Program-made: the position numbers and the translations under genes
Assembly: GCF_000315625.1 (NCBI RefSeq)
Contig: NW_005434592.1
Span: 355,383 to 396,975 of the forward strand
Direction of reading: 5' to 3'
Source: Guillardia theta CCMP2712
Taxonomy: Eukaryota > Protista > Cryptophyta
Length of the DNA: 41,593 nucleotides
Notes under the pieces: model-generated
What the model saw: the letters and a program-made list of their open reading frames with translations, nothing else
Database searches by the model: none
What the model was told of the DNA's origin: nothing
In this document: positions 10,616 through 24,075 of the stretch, piece after piece
How positions within the stretch are numbered: the first letter of the stretch is position 1
How the letters are laid out: every line of letters starts with the position of its first letter

Positions 10616-13600
10616 CTAGTCAGCTGAGGCTGCCTTCCTGATACTATGATCCACCTGCTGCCTCCAACCGGCGAGGATCGCACGTGCGGAGCGAGTGGTC
10701 CAACCATGCTCCATCCTCCAAACCCTCCGCCGGATTCGACTACGCTGGGTTCGGAGCATGTGGCTCCTTCGCTGCCAGACACGAAGCAGGTCGAAGAATC
10801 GCGAGAGCAGTTTAGCGTCTCTCTGCCAAGCGTCATGATCTGCCGCAGCCAATGAGATCATACCCATGATAATCTTTTTTCCCCCTCACCACTCAACATT
10901 GCAAGGCGAACTCCATAAAGCCTCCGACAGCTCTGTTTGAAAAAACGCTTCTGTGGTGCAGACAACTCATTTGAAGTACAAAAAGATCGATCAAAACATT
11001 ACCACCATAGCCTTGCAGACGAATGAGAACGAACGGCTTGAAAACCGCCAGAAGAAAAAGGCAAATGACAGCGAGTGCCAAGAAAGGGGAAAGACATGAC
11101 AGAGCACCGAGAGAGAAACGACGCGAGAGGACATGAAGGAAAACGTCAACGACGCCCACTCACGTAGGAAACGAGAGACAATGTAAGACGAAAATGACCC
11201 TTGAACACACACGCTGATAAAAACCAAACATCAAAAACATTCCCGTCAGAAAAAAAAATCACCTTCGCAAAAAAAATCGATTGAAAAGAGTTCGCTTCCA
11301 GGTAACAAAACAATTTGAAACAACATGAGAACGTGCAGATGAATGTCCAACAACGAAAACTCCAATACCAAATCGAAAAAACGCTCGTCTCCCCGCGTGC
11401 TCTCGCCAGCCCTCCATCGCCTCCCTCGCCGTCTCCCGCCCCCGCCGCCCCGTCAGCCGCCCCACGACCGCCGCCTGTACCCGCCGTGCCCGCCGCCCTC
11501 CCGGCCCACGCCCGCAGCGCCTCCCCGACACTCCCCGCCTCCTCCCCGCGCCTCGCCCGGCCCGACAGGATCTCCCCGACTCGCCTCGCCCGCGCTCGTC
11601 TCCCCGCGTGCTCTCGCCAGCCCTCCATCGCCTCCCTCNNNNNNNNNNNNNNNNNNNNNNNNNNNNNNNNNNNNNNNNNNNNNNNNNNNNNNNNNNNNNN
11701 NNNNNNNNNNNNNNNNNNNNNNNNNNNNNNNNNNNNNNCCGCAGCGCCTCCCCGACACTCCCCGCCTCCTCCCCGCGCCTCGCCCGGCCCGACAGGATCT
11801 CCCCGACTCGCCTCGCCCGCGCTCGTCTCCCCGCGTGCTCTCGCCAGCCCTCCATCGCCTCCCTCGCCGTCTCCCGCCCCCGCCGCCCCGTCAGCCGCCC
11901 CACGACCNNNNNNNNNNNNNNNNNNNNNNNNNNNNNNNNNNNNNNNNNNNNNNNNNNNNNNNNNNNNNNNNNNNNNNNNNNNNNNNNNNNNNNNNNNNNN
12001 NNNNNNNNNNNNNNNNNNNNNNNNNNNNNNNNNNNNNNNNNNNNNNNNNNNNNNNNNNNNNNNNNNNNNNNNNNNNNNNNNNNNNNNNNNNNNNNNNNNN
12101 NNNNNNNNNNNNNNNNNNNNNNNNNNNNNNNNNCGTGCCCGCGCCCTCCCCGCGTGCTCTCGCCAGCCCTCCATCGCCTCCCTCGCCGTCTCCCGCCCCC
12201 GCCGCCCCGTCAGCCGCCCCACGACCGCCGCCTGTACCCGCCGTGCCCGCGCCCTCCCGGCCCACGCCCGCAGCGCCTCCCCGACACTCCCCGCCTCCTC
12301 CCCGCGCCTCGCCCGGCCCGACAGGATCTCCCCGACTCGCCTCGCCCGCGCTCGTCTCTCCACGTACGTTTTCCATTTCCGTACGTGTTTGTCTTTTGAA
12401 TATGAATCGGACATCGTTTTCAATCTGAATGTTGTCTGCTCTTGCCACTTTTGTTTCAGGTGTTTCTCGTTTATGGCTTCTTTCCACGTTCGTACTCCCT
12501 TTCGAATTGTTGTAGCCTTTTTCGTCTTTTCATGTTTCATTATCTTCTCTTGGAGATACTTTTTGAATTGTGTTTCGTCTATCCATTTTTTCATACATTT
12601 TGATCTCAGGTTTGTTTGTGTATTGATCATTATTGTTTGGCAATTTCCGATTCGAAGGATATTCTTTTCTATGTCTCTGTTGCAATTTTTCCACTGGTTC
12701 AATGCCAAGGTTTTGCATCGCTCTTGCACCTTTGTTAGCCAATGGTTCATTATCAATCTTTCATAGCTGAGCACTTTGAGAAACTCGCACCATGAATTCA
12801 TTGATTTCTTAAGCATTGTTTTCTGTTTCAAACTGAAATGTTTGACCAACACAGAGAAAATTTCCAATTTTAGCTCGATGGGGCATGGGTGGCGTGGGTT
12901 CCCATCTTTGAGAGTTTTGAAACTGACACTTAAGGTTGCCGTACTTCTCCTGAACACAAGGGAATCTCTCAATTCCTTTCCTGCCTTTGAGAATTCGAAC
13001 CATTGTTGCATGGATTCTCTAATCAACTTCCGTGATGCAAGATGGATTTTTGACTCAACACCGCGCTTAACCACTACAATTTGTTCAGAATATTCTTGCC
13101 AACATCGAAAGATAGATAACTTCAACGATTTCCGTCTGTGTCCCTCGTAAAAATGTCCAAATTGGCAGATTTCAGCACCTGGCGCCTGGACTTGAACGGA
13201 CCAGTCAGATATGCACTGCTTGATCTTGTTGTTTGACTGAAGCCTTGCCATCATGTTCTCCAACACCTGATACCTCTTCTGCTTCCTTCTCAGCACAAGC
13301 GTAGTTGCAATCCATGCATCAAAGTAGGTAATCATCATGTCTTTCTCTGACTTTTTTCCAATGTGTGCGATAGCTGCTGACGCCGTCCTCTTGTTTGAAG
13401 TGATCATCTGCCAGGTATCCGTAGAGTTCCTCAACACTTCAAAACGAGTTCTAACCAACATTTTAGAGCAAAACCGCTCTATCACTTTTTTTCTTTGTTT
13501 GCGATCTAGATATGCCAGTCGAAGAGTTTCAAAAGTCCTCCATTTCTGCTTCAATTTTCGTTTTGTCTGTAGGGAGTGCATGCTTTTTCGAAGGATGATT

Positions 13601-14157
13601 GAGCGACCAGCATAACAGTCAAGTTCGCCAAAGAAAAACTTCTGCAGAGCACGATTTTGTTTGAGAAGAATCACACCAAATTGATCAGAGCAGACATGCT
13701 TCTTGGACCGGAAAGACATGCATGACTCAACAGAATTTTTCCATAACAACCAGAATCTCTTGTACTCAAAGGTCCTCCTGAGATTTCGGAGAGTTCTGCG
13801 CGATCTGCATAGAACAATCAACTTTTGCATCCACCGCAGAGCCTGGAGTCGCTCCAAGTCATTCACGACGGACAAGAACTTTGACATGCAGTTATGCAGG
13901 ACTTTGTTTCTCTGGAACAAAGATTGCCAGGTGTCTAGACATGACTGTAAAAGTGCACGGATACATCTCCTCCTGAGTAGTTTCTGGAAAACATGTATGT
14001 TGATCTCTTCGTCATCAACAATGCTCTTTACAATCGCTCTGGTCATGGAAATATTAACAACCAATATTGACTTCATCTCCCCTTGAAGCGAACGAGGAAA
14101 GTAGTGCTTCACTCGCCTCTGTTTCCAACGATAGAAAATTAGAATTTTCTGCAACAT
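10616..14157 (-). CDS. Sfi1-like (centrin-binding type) Trp-repeat helical protein; probably extends further upstream
   Basis: A long, basic, helical ORF with recurring F/LxxWK/R motifs about 33 aa apart. The terminal exon (to 10616) carries the same W repeats. Confidence 0.65.
11383..12360. repeat. GC-rich 210-bp coding tandem repeat (70 aa unit), collapsed by gaps
   Basis: Near-identical units flank two N gaps. Each unit encodes two Trp repeats. Confidence 0.9.
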
Positions 14158-15112
14158 CCAGTCAAAATAGCTTTCTTCACAAATCGGTTCTAATTGAAAT
14201 CAATCTCAAATACCTTCTTGACAGATTGTGATTCCTTGTATTTCCAAAGTATCCTCTTCATTTTCAAGTTGTGTGCAGCATGCTGCATCCATATGAAAAA
14301 ATGCAGATACTGCATCATGTCAATTGAAGCGTTCAACAGCATTCGTCCCTACCTGGTTTCTCATCAGCACTTGCTGTGTCATATGATTCGCATGCAATGT
14401 TGCTGTTTGCCTCCTGACATGCCACACCTGATCACTTGGCTCACAAACGTTATCTATTGTACACAAGCATGAAAGAACCTGCCAAATGTTTCTGGCTCTG
14501 CAAAGAATTCCATACTCTCTCAACAAAGTATTCTCATGAGCAATTCTCTCGAAGAGAATCTGGGCTTCGAGACAGTCTTCTTGAGATCCTTCTATTCTGA
14601 ACATGCTTGTGTCCCTTGATGCGCAACAAGACCAAGACATTGAGTATGCAGGGTCAGAGCTCAACTTTGTTCTTTATCCCCGCCTCCATCACATTTTGTT
14701 CGCATCCACGGTCGAATTTCTTCTATGGGCGCAAGGCCCTACAACTCATGTCTGTAGGGAGGGGTTATGAAAGTCAAAACCTCGATTGAGCCACTAAGCT
14801 CAAAGGCAGACCCTGTAGCCCTGCGGTCCATTCCATCCACAAAAATTGATACAGGTGTGTACTACAAAGCGAGCAGGCTGTTACAGAGGATTGAGATGCA
14901 AACAGAGGGGATGCACGTGTTATGATGAACAACATTCGACCATAGCAGCTTATATACAATGAGTTCACATATCAAGCTGTCAGATAGTAAGGTTGCAGTT
15001 AAAGCTTCGTTTGGTAAAATTGCAAATAAAGCTTCACTTGGAAAGATTGCAAATAGTTTCACACAGTAAGAATACACCTCGCGATTCACATAGGAAAATT
15101 ACAACTAAAGCT

Positions 15113-18100
15113 TCATACAGCGTAAGAAACTCGTGTGTCTGCCACTGTTTGAGCGAGCTCGAACAGGATCCTTTCTCTTTCTGCCTCGAGCTCTAGGATT
15201 TCCTCGGCATGGTCTCCGTAGACCTCAGAATTGAAGCTTTGAAAGGTGCTGCGATTGCCGTAGTGATCATACGGTTCTTCTGCATCAAGATAGCTCTGAG
15301 GAGGAGGAAGAGGAGGAGGAGTCTCAGCGGCAGCAACGTGGTCACTATGCGAGTAGGAGGCTCCATCAAGCGCGTTCAAGAAGGCTGATCTCGGAGCCGC
15401 ATCCCACGGTTGGGATGGGCGCAAGAAGCCCGAGGGGCGACTGAGAGAAATTCGCGGGCCTTGTCCGTCATCACCTCGTGCGCCCGTGACGAGCTGTGAA
15501 GCTTCGCCCCTCGAGGAAGTATGTGTCGAATCCTCGCGACCTCGTGCAGGTTGCAAGACTGTCATGATTTCAGGTCGGTCGGTCTGGTCTGAAGCTCGTG
15601 CAGAGTCGCGATGGGGTGAGGCCCCGTGCCCATGGTCCGTGTCCTTCAGCTTGGAGGCAGACGGACTGAAATTCACTCGAGCATAGTCGCTCGTCAGGCG
15701 TTCAGGAGCCCTGCCTTGACTATCAGAGTACAACGCATTTTCTCTGGCACGATGAGACATGTTTGGCTGAAAGCTGGTGACGAATTCTTCTAATCTGCTT
15801 AAGCGCATTGGGTTGTCCTGCTGTAGGGAGACTGCTTGCCTCGAGATCGTCTCAGCTGTCATCTTCAGCTTATCCGCATGCTCTTGAGCTTGCAGTCGAA
15901 GCAGAGTCGCTTCCTCTTGAGCCCTTGCTCGCAGCTGCTCAGCTTCGCGCTTAGCCTCCTCGATCACTTTTTCTGCTTCGCTCGTAGCAGATCGTCGCAG
16001 ATCTTTGAGCTCCTTAACAATGAGCGAGGCCGACCGCTCCCCGACTTTTCGGCTCGTCGCCAGCCAATCAGAGATCTCGTCATCTGTGGGCACTCGAGTT
16101 GTGACTCCCGTCGATTCCTGGCCTCGCGTGATTCCTGGCAGTGAAGCTGGTCGGCGATCCCTTTGAGAGATGTCATTGTTCAACGGTGAAGTCATCGGGC
16201 TCCACACGATGCTTCCATTGTAAGTGATCATTGCTATGTTTCGACTCATGCTCTGTTGCGGTTCAAGCTGCGAGCCCTGTTCTTGATGGTGAATCGGTAG
16301 CGCATGGAAGTGCGGTGACGAGTGAGACGGAGGAAATACGCTCAGCCCTTGTGTGTCGTGAAGGATGTGTGAGCGAATGTCTGAAGGTTGGGAGACGGAA
16401 TCTTGCCGGTAGCATCCACCGAATTGCTGGCGTTGCTGTGTTCCATGATTAATCATCAACGGCTGTGAACGTCGGGATATTCGATCGATCCTCTCTTTGA
16501 TATGGTTTTCAACATTCTTCTCCTTCAAGTCAATCTACAATTCCAAAGTTAAAGGCAGAAAGTTCTTCGCATCGCATTACCAACGATCCGTCGGGCGTCA
16601 TTACGCTTTGTCTTGTGGTTCCCATGATGTATTCTTGCAAGTTCTGTGCTGTCTAGCAGAGTTGTTGATCAATCTTTGGCAGCACAGCAGAGACTAAAAT
16701 CCTGGTCACTTACCCCCGGAACAAGATGCGCGACAAAGTAGATTTCACTTCCTGCAGTGCCTAAACGAATGAAATCGCCATGTCCGATGTCGCTGCAGGT
16801 CCCATGGATGAAGTTTTCATTCACAAAACTGCCGGATGAGCTTGAGTCCTGGTAAACCCAAGCTCCTCTTGCTGATGAATAAGAGACGCAAGCATGGTGA
16901 CCAGCGACATCCTTGCATGTTTCTGGGTTGATCACAACGGTGCAGTCAGCGAAACTCCTGTTACAAGCATAAGAATGATCGCTATCACGAAGTACCAAGG
17001 ATCACCCAATTCTGCATTGTTCGTATGCTTTCACAACCCAACTACGACCAAGGTTGTCAACAAGTAGCAGATTCGTAGACGAGTTTTCGAAAGCATTTAT
17101 GCTTTTCGCAACACTCGATTGAAATGTTTTCGAGCTTGCAAAATCACTTCTGATCACCCTGCTCAACAAATCTACATTACAAGATCCAAAGTTCTTCACA
17201 ACAAAAGTTGCGTTGTGAGAATCGATTGATGAAACATGTTTATCTTTGCTCGTGGCCTGCTCATCCAAATCCCAAACGGCTGAGTTGAGTATCGCAGGGA
17301 CCTCGTTCTCACTCAAGTGCACGGAGTGAATGGATTGGTCGTCTTTGACATATGTCTTCTCCTCGGAAACTAAAAAGATGATCAAGACGATAAAACACTT
17401 TTCAACACTTTGTGATTCTGTTCAAGTGAAAAATGCTTTCTACTCGTTCGTAGCTTTGACTTACCACCTTTGTCTTCTGAATGGTCGTCAAGGACAATAT
17501 CAGACGGCTCAACATCTTGCAAACGATCGAGTCTGACAACTTTATCGCCTCTCAGCACCTTGAGCAGTCACGTGAGGGCATCCGCACTTGTGACTCAAGC
17601 GCTGTTTTCACCATAACCGAAGGATCATGGTAGGGCTGTGCAGGCGGCCTTGCCTCGCTGCCAGAGAGAATCATCATCGACCCCTGCCTTGAAGAGCTTG
17701 GTACCTCTGCAGGAGTTTGCTGGTGGTCTCAGGAGCATCCAGCACTTGAGGGTTGGCTGCAGCTTTCTCGGATATGCTGAGTGATGAAAGGCTCGTTTCG
17801 ATGGCAGAGAGATGTTCATTGAGCGCCTGCATTGCAACATCGAATGACATGACATGACATGAGATGTCGCATTACACCTCGTCGAGCCCCTTGCTGTCGT
17901 AGCCTTCCCCGTGGGTGTGCTTCCTGGTGTACAGAGTCAAATGGTTGGAGCTTGACTATGTGCGACTCGCACAATTTCAGCTCGAACAGATCTCTTGCAG
18001 CCTACAAGCTGACGTCATCCTCTTTGACAAGACGGAACAACGAGAACTTTCCTGAGTGGAGGATCGCAGTCTGATCATCTCTCGATGAAGTTCTGTTAAT

Positions 18101-18141
18101 CTCGACTTGAAGTCACTGGATTCATGCCTCTCCATTTCCAT
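15113..18141 (-). CDS. Coiled-coil / FHA-domain / disordered protein, multi-exon; possibly the 5' part of the Sfi1-like gene
   Basis: FHA-like CRIG|RSFADCTVVI...VAGHHACV...WVYQDSSSSGSFVNENFI...IGHGDFIRLG at ~16740-17050. A 471-aa exon has a coiled coil (EAEKVIEEAKREAEQLRARAQEEA). Confidence 0.6.
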
Positions 18142-18982
18142 TCCTGCAGACCAACAGCACACGTGAGCTGATCCAGCATGACAGTGTCGTGACAGTCAGT
18201 GACTATCACACAACTCAAACGTGTGCTCAGATCGGTGTCATCCCCTCTCTCAGCCTGGTCTCTGACCATTCTGATCATATTTTTTATCGTTACGGTGATT
18301 ACCCTAGTCACAAGGTTCTACTACTATACTACGCACTGGCAGGCCGCTTGACCGTTTCCGAACCGTGACGCCGTGAACTCGAAAAGTTCGCGTTAAAGTT
18401 TATCTGATTTTATGATCGGCTGGCAGCGGCCCGATCGGAGGGCGGCGGCGGTCGGGGTGACTCCGGCGGGTGTAAGCAGACAGGCGGGCCGCCGGATCGG
18501 ATCACTGAATATGGCAGCGAAGGACAGGGAGGCCTTGAGCCGCTGAGCTGACGCCGCCGAAAGATCCTGGGCCAGATGCGTTTACAAGTTGATCCTTCGC
18601 AGCCGTGACAACGGTACGGTACGCCGGATCGGTGACCGGCGTACTCGCCGCAGGCTGACGCAGACGGTGCAGCGAGCAGCCTGGGCTTCCTGTAGCACTC
18701 TGATCCACTGAGTGGCACTGTCCAAGAAAGAGGCCGCCTAATCATCGGATCCTCAGCGGCCGGGCGAGTCACTGTGCAAACTAACTAGCTGAAGCCTCGC
18801 CGGCAGGCGTCGGTGCTGTCACGGCCCGGCAGTCTGGCAGTCACCTGAGGGTCTCCGTTGAGAAACTTTGCGCACTCGAGGTCAGTCACGTCTGATCGCC
18901 TCCACCCATCGAGCATCTCCTGTCGCCTGACACTAGCAGCGTCGTCGGCCCTGTGAGCGAAGGCCACGGCCTGCCAAGCACG

Positions 18983-21741
18983 TCAAATGGCGTGAGAGAT
19001 TTGACGTGAGAGTGGGGGAGGGGACCTAGGAGGGTGGAACTCTTGGAAGCAGTGGCCGTGCATGCTGGCGGGGAGTCGGAGAAGATCTCCTTTAACGAGC
19101 CGGTCAATGTCATGCAGGACGAGCCATTGGAAGGAGAAGCTGAGAGCTGACGCGGGAGGCTCCAACAAGACGCGGACGAGAGTAGCTCGATCCTACCGGG
19201 GAAGGCTGAGAGGACGAGGAAGCAAGGGAGGAGCTACCTTGAAGCCAAGCTCGTCGACCAAGACGACGCTGACGGGGTCGCGTTGAGAGGCCAGTGAGCT
19301 GAGAGCCTTCCTGAGGTCCCTCGAGAGATCCATCGGTGCGAGAGCAGGAAAAAACGATCGAAGCTGATCGGCCCCTAGTAGCTCTTCCTCCTTGTTCTCT
19401 TGCCACCATCTTCCCCGACCCGAAGTGCCGTCCTCCAGCAAGACCGGTACGATCCTGCGATCCTTGCCACCTATACTGCGAGCAACCACCTCCTGCGCAG
19501 CCTCTTGGGTCTCCCTCAGAGCACCAAGGAGGAGGATGCAGCCTGAGGTCTGTGAGATTGTTGCTTCCAGCACAGGGAAGAAGGATATCAAGGGGCTGGA
19601 CATGTAGACCGGATCTAGTTGGTACTGATTGGTTAGCAAGCTTGCAATCTTTATGAGCTCAGCATCTGAGTTGGCATCGTGCTTGTCTATGTTCTGGGCT
19701 TGGCACGTACTTTCTTGGAAATATGTGAGACCACGCAGTCGGTTGTGTTGAAACATGTCAGGGTAACACCACTGATCGTAGGAGTAAAAGTCAATGTCGA
19801 TGTCACAATCCTCCTCCTGGCTTGCGAGAAGAGTTGGAGGTCCAGCCAAAACCTGCAACATGAGGTGAATTAACAACATGATGTAAAGTAGCAACATGAG
19901 GTGAATAAGTAACATGAAGTAAATCAGCAACGTGAGGTGAATAAGCAACATGCAGCATAAATATCACCCTCCCTCTCAATCGCTCCTGATCCTTTACTGC
20001 TACCATCCGATAATGATCATTTCCACCGTCAAGGTTGTAATCGATGTCATCCTTTCCTTTCCTTTCATCTAAAATTTTCATCCCTTCCATACCAAGAATT
20101 ACTTTCGTTATCATCATAAAACGCCTCAGTGCCATCGCAAGCATCGCCATCATCATGATCATCATCCTTGGAAGTCATTTCATCATCATGGTAACGTACA
20201 GGAAAGGGGCGAGGAGGGAAAAATTCGTGGAAACGTTTGAACTCATCGCTGAACTTTTCGAACCCCTGAAAGAAGAGGATTCAGAAATTCATTTCAGGGG
20301 ACCTATTGAGCACCTTCTGACCAAGTTGTCGATAAGCATCATGCATCACGATGAACTTGGTTCTATTTTTGATCCTCCTTGCAACTTCAATCCTCGCGCT
20401 CTCAGGATGTTGGTCAACAAAAGCAAGACCCCAGCTGCAACTGAACATCACCCAGCTGTTGGGCAAGCAAGAACTACAGCACACCTGCCGCTCAATATCT
20501 CTCTCATGATCTCCCCTCCTTCTACTTCATCCCAACCTAAGCAAGAGGCATTTCAAATTCAACCCCATCGAATTGAAAACGTCACGAGATTACCAGCAAC
20601 GTGATGAATTCGGTGAGTCTCTGACTTGAAGTGCTCAAATTTCGACACCCACTCCTTGTCTGTGTCGAGACTGGTCAAACGCCTGGCTCTTCATATCATC
20701 TCCAGCTGTTCAACCGGACCTCTGACCTGCCCTTTTGCGCACAAAGATGGTGAAGCATTGGAGTGCTATAAAATCCCATTCCGAACTCAACCACCTGTCA
20801 ATGTTCAGCTCGAACTAGACTTTGTGTTGAGTTCTAACCGATCCTGACGTCAAGAAGAAGGCAGCATGCAACACAGGTTGATGAGTCCCATGGCCATCTC
20901 CGCCGCGATAGTTGAAGAACACATCACTGTCATTGACCACCTTTCTTGCCAGTCAACTAGATGAACAAGCAGATCACGTGTGAATACAGGACAAGGCGGT
21001 CTGAAGCTCTTGACATCTTGGAGCAGCTTGTTGGTAAGATCATACGAAAACTCCATCTCATCTTTTGCAACAATCTTTCCATAACGATCCACAATGCAAC
21101 CCATGAGCGAATGTACAAAGTCTCCTCTTGATTCGCGTTCGGCAAACTCGTGCGGTGAGCGCATGATCATGCTCATAGTGCTTGTCTGATCTGTCGTTCT
21201 CTGTAGCAGCTTTCCGTTGAGGAAGATGTTGACCTCCATCGAGGAATCCATTGCCGACGTGTAAAAAGATATCAACTGCACCAACAAGCCAGCTTGTCAA
21301 TATGCTTCATAGGTCAAAGTCAATACATGCCAACCAGTCCCTTCAGAAAGCTTCAGGGATCCCATTCTTCATCTCTCTCCATCTGGCTCTAATTCTACCC
21401 CCCTTCCAACCTTCCACTGTCTCTATCTCCCTCCTCCCCTCTCGCTCTGACTGACTGGCTCTCTCACTCTCCTGCTACCTCTTCAAGACCACAGCGCATG
21501 GTTCCATCGTTTGACTTACCGGGTGAGGGCCGTCGTTGCGTCTGCACTCAACAGTCTCGTACTGGCAGTCATCATTTTCAACCCATAGCATGATGTGAGG
21601 ACCAACCCCCTCCTCTCTTGACGTGTCCTCCACCATGTCAGAGTCTTCCGCTCCAGCATCCATCAGGTGTGTGATCATAACTAGCATAGTCAAGAAAGTG
21701 AGTCGCCTGGAGCTCCTAATGCTGAAACTCCAAGAGACCAT
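18983..21741 (-). CDS. Putative secreted protein with two SAM-methyltransferase-like domains
   Basis: Hydrophobic N-terminus. Spliced GTHQPVLHAAFFLTSGS.VVEFGMGFYSTPMLHHLC...LTSLDTDKEWV...GLAFVDQHPESARIE...FIVMHD. A degenerate second copy reads FFPVLEATISQTSGCILLLG...SVVLVDE...WLVLHD. End coordinate uncertain. Confidence 0.6.
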
Positions 21742-21977
21742 TGTCCTACACCTGTTTGCAGATGACGGACCAGAGATCATCGCCTCGTCTCGACACCAGC
21801 CAGATCAACGACTTGGCAGGTCACTGTCACAGTAGAACTTTGACGATGATCTGTGCTTCTGATCGACTGAGGTCAATCCCCTACCACCCATGGCCATGCA
21901 AGCTAGCGAGACACTCCGACAACCTACATTAGCTCAGCGAGTTATATGACGGTGAATCTTTTCTGCATTAGCTCTTT

Positions 21978-22600
21978 TCTAACTAAACAAGCCAGCTAAG
22001 CTAGGCTTGTTTTCAAGGCTTTTCTTCTGTGCGCCCTGTTTCTGATCGCATAACATTTTCATGGGCAACAATCCCAATCGATGCGTTCTTCACCTTATAA
22101 AACGCGAGCTAATGCAATAAAATCCCCTTTCTAACAAGCCAGCTAGGCTTGTTTTCTTTTCTTCTGTGCGCCCTGTTTCTGATCGCATAACACTTTCATG
22201 GGCAACAATCCCAATCGATGCGTTCTTCACCTTATAAAACGCGAGCTAATGCAATAAAATCCCCTTTCTAACAAGCCAGCTAGGCTTGTTTTCTTTTCTT
22301 CTGTGCGCCCTGTTTCTGATCGCATAACACTTTCATGGGCAACAATCCCAATCGATGCGTTCTTCACCTTATAAAACGCGAGCTAATGCAATAAAATCCC
22401 CTTTCTAACAATCCAGCTAGGTGCAATAAAATCCCCTTTCTAACTAACAAGCCAGCTAGGCTTGTTTTTTTCTTCTGTGCGCCCTGTTTCTGATCGCATA
22501 ACATTTTCATGGGCAACAATCCCAATCGATGCGTTCTTCACCTTATAAAACGCGAGCTAATGCGAAATCCCCTTTCTTGTAACAAGCCAGCTAGGCTTGT
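21978..22600. repeat. 137-bp tandem repeat, ~4.5 copies
   Basis: ATGGGCAACAATCCCAATCG occurs at 22061, 22198, 22335 and 22509. The last interval carries 37 extra bp from a local duplication. Confidence 0.95.
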
Positions 22601-22805
22601 TTTCTTTCTTTTTTTTCCTAGCCCTCAATTTATTGAAATGCTTCTATTGCCTGGCAACAATCCCAATCGATGCGTTTTTTTCTTGATCTCTTTTATTATT
22701 ATTAATATGTTGAAGAACATGAAGAACGCATCGATTGGGATTGTTGCTAGACAATGGAATGCAAATCCAATAAATTGAGCGCCAGGAAAAAAGAAAACGA
22801 GTCTA
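22592..22805. repeat. Long imperfect inverted repeat (~85-bp arms, ~40-bp AT-rich loop)
   Basis: GCAACAATCCCAATCGATGCGTT (~22654) pairs with AACGCATCGATTGGGATTGTTGC (~22725), and CTCAATTTATTG pairs with CAATAAATTGAG. Confidence 0.9.
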
Positions 22806-23223
22806 CCCCTCCATCCTCATTTCATTTGCACCCCTACCCACACCTGACCAAAACTCTTTACTCAAAGTTAAGTTAAAAATCAGTAGCAACTAGTGGGCAG
22901 ATTCCCGGGCCGGCCCGCGGGCAGGGCTGGGGCAACACTGAGTGGCCGGGCCCGTGCCCATCATAGTATGTCACTTGTCACCCTTCATTTATTACTCAAG
23001 GTTAAGTTAAAAATCAGTGCGACACAATGCCTCAATCCCCGTGGTCGCAGTTGATGCCCTAGAATGACGAGGACTGATAGGAATATCATTTCAGAGACAA
23101 CGATGCATGCCCAACGGACGAAAGCGAGCAGACTAGAACTTGTTGTTTGTACTCTCTTAGATGATATGAAAAGGGGGAAATCGGGATAGTGCTGCAAAGA
23201 TGTATAATTAACGCCTTTCTCAG

Positions 23224-23999
23224 ATGACATCGTGGAATCTTTTCTTTCTTGTTTTCATCCCGACAATTTTGTGTCTAGATGAAGTAGCATTCAAATCCCT
23301 TTCACCATCGGATGAGAATCAAGTTGTCTTATTGTACAGGGGTGGTGATGAACAAAGCGAGAAAGCGATCGATGCTGTGAGCCAAGCTGAAGTTGCATTA
23401 AAAGGAATGAATTTCCCAGAAATGGCAAACATGAAATTTTTGAAAGCTGATGCGAGGAAGGGTGATAATAGTCGTGAAATGGAATTGAAAGGAATCAGCA
23501 ATTTTCCTATGCTTTTTGTAGCTGTTCAAGGACAAGGAATGGGTAATGACATTGTTGGATTGTTCCTTCAGTGGCTTAATTTTGATTAGATAGGTATCTG
23601 CGCGAGCTATCCTCTCAAAATATTGTAGAATTCGTTCGTGTTAAGTTTGAAAACACTACGGAGGAAGATGTTTTTCCATTCAACGAAGAGGTTCCCTTGT
23701 ATTGCTGCATGCATTTCTATTCCAATTCCCTGTACAGCTCATTACGGACGAATATCCTACGCTGGTAAAGTTCCACGAGAAATGGTGCACAAGATGCCAG
23801 AGCATGAAACGGGCATTTGAATATGCTGCGAGCCAGACCCTGGGAAAAGTAATGTTTATGGAGGTTTGTCTGGCAGTAACCGTTCTGTAGTTCTAAGCGA
23901 ATGACAGGTGGAATGCTCGCTCTCTGTTGAGTCTCAGAAGTTTTGTAACAAGGTTACTCCCAACCTCTACAAACATAGATTTTATCCCCCTCCCCACCC

Positions 24000-24075
<76 letters not shown>

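Noticed and set aside
11315-12766. Plus-strand Pro/Ala/Arg-rich ORFs
   Set aside because: They are antisense shadows of the GC-rich tandem repeat and span N gaps.
21978-22600. 137-bp repeats as a CRISPR array
   Set aside because: Whole units are near-identical with no unique spacers, there are no cas genes, and the context is eukaryotic.
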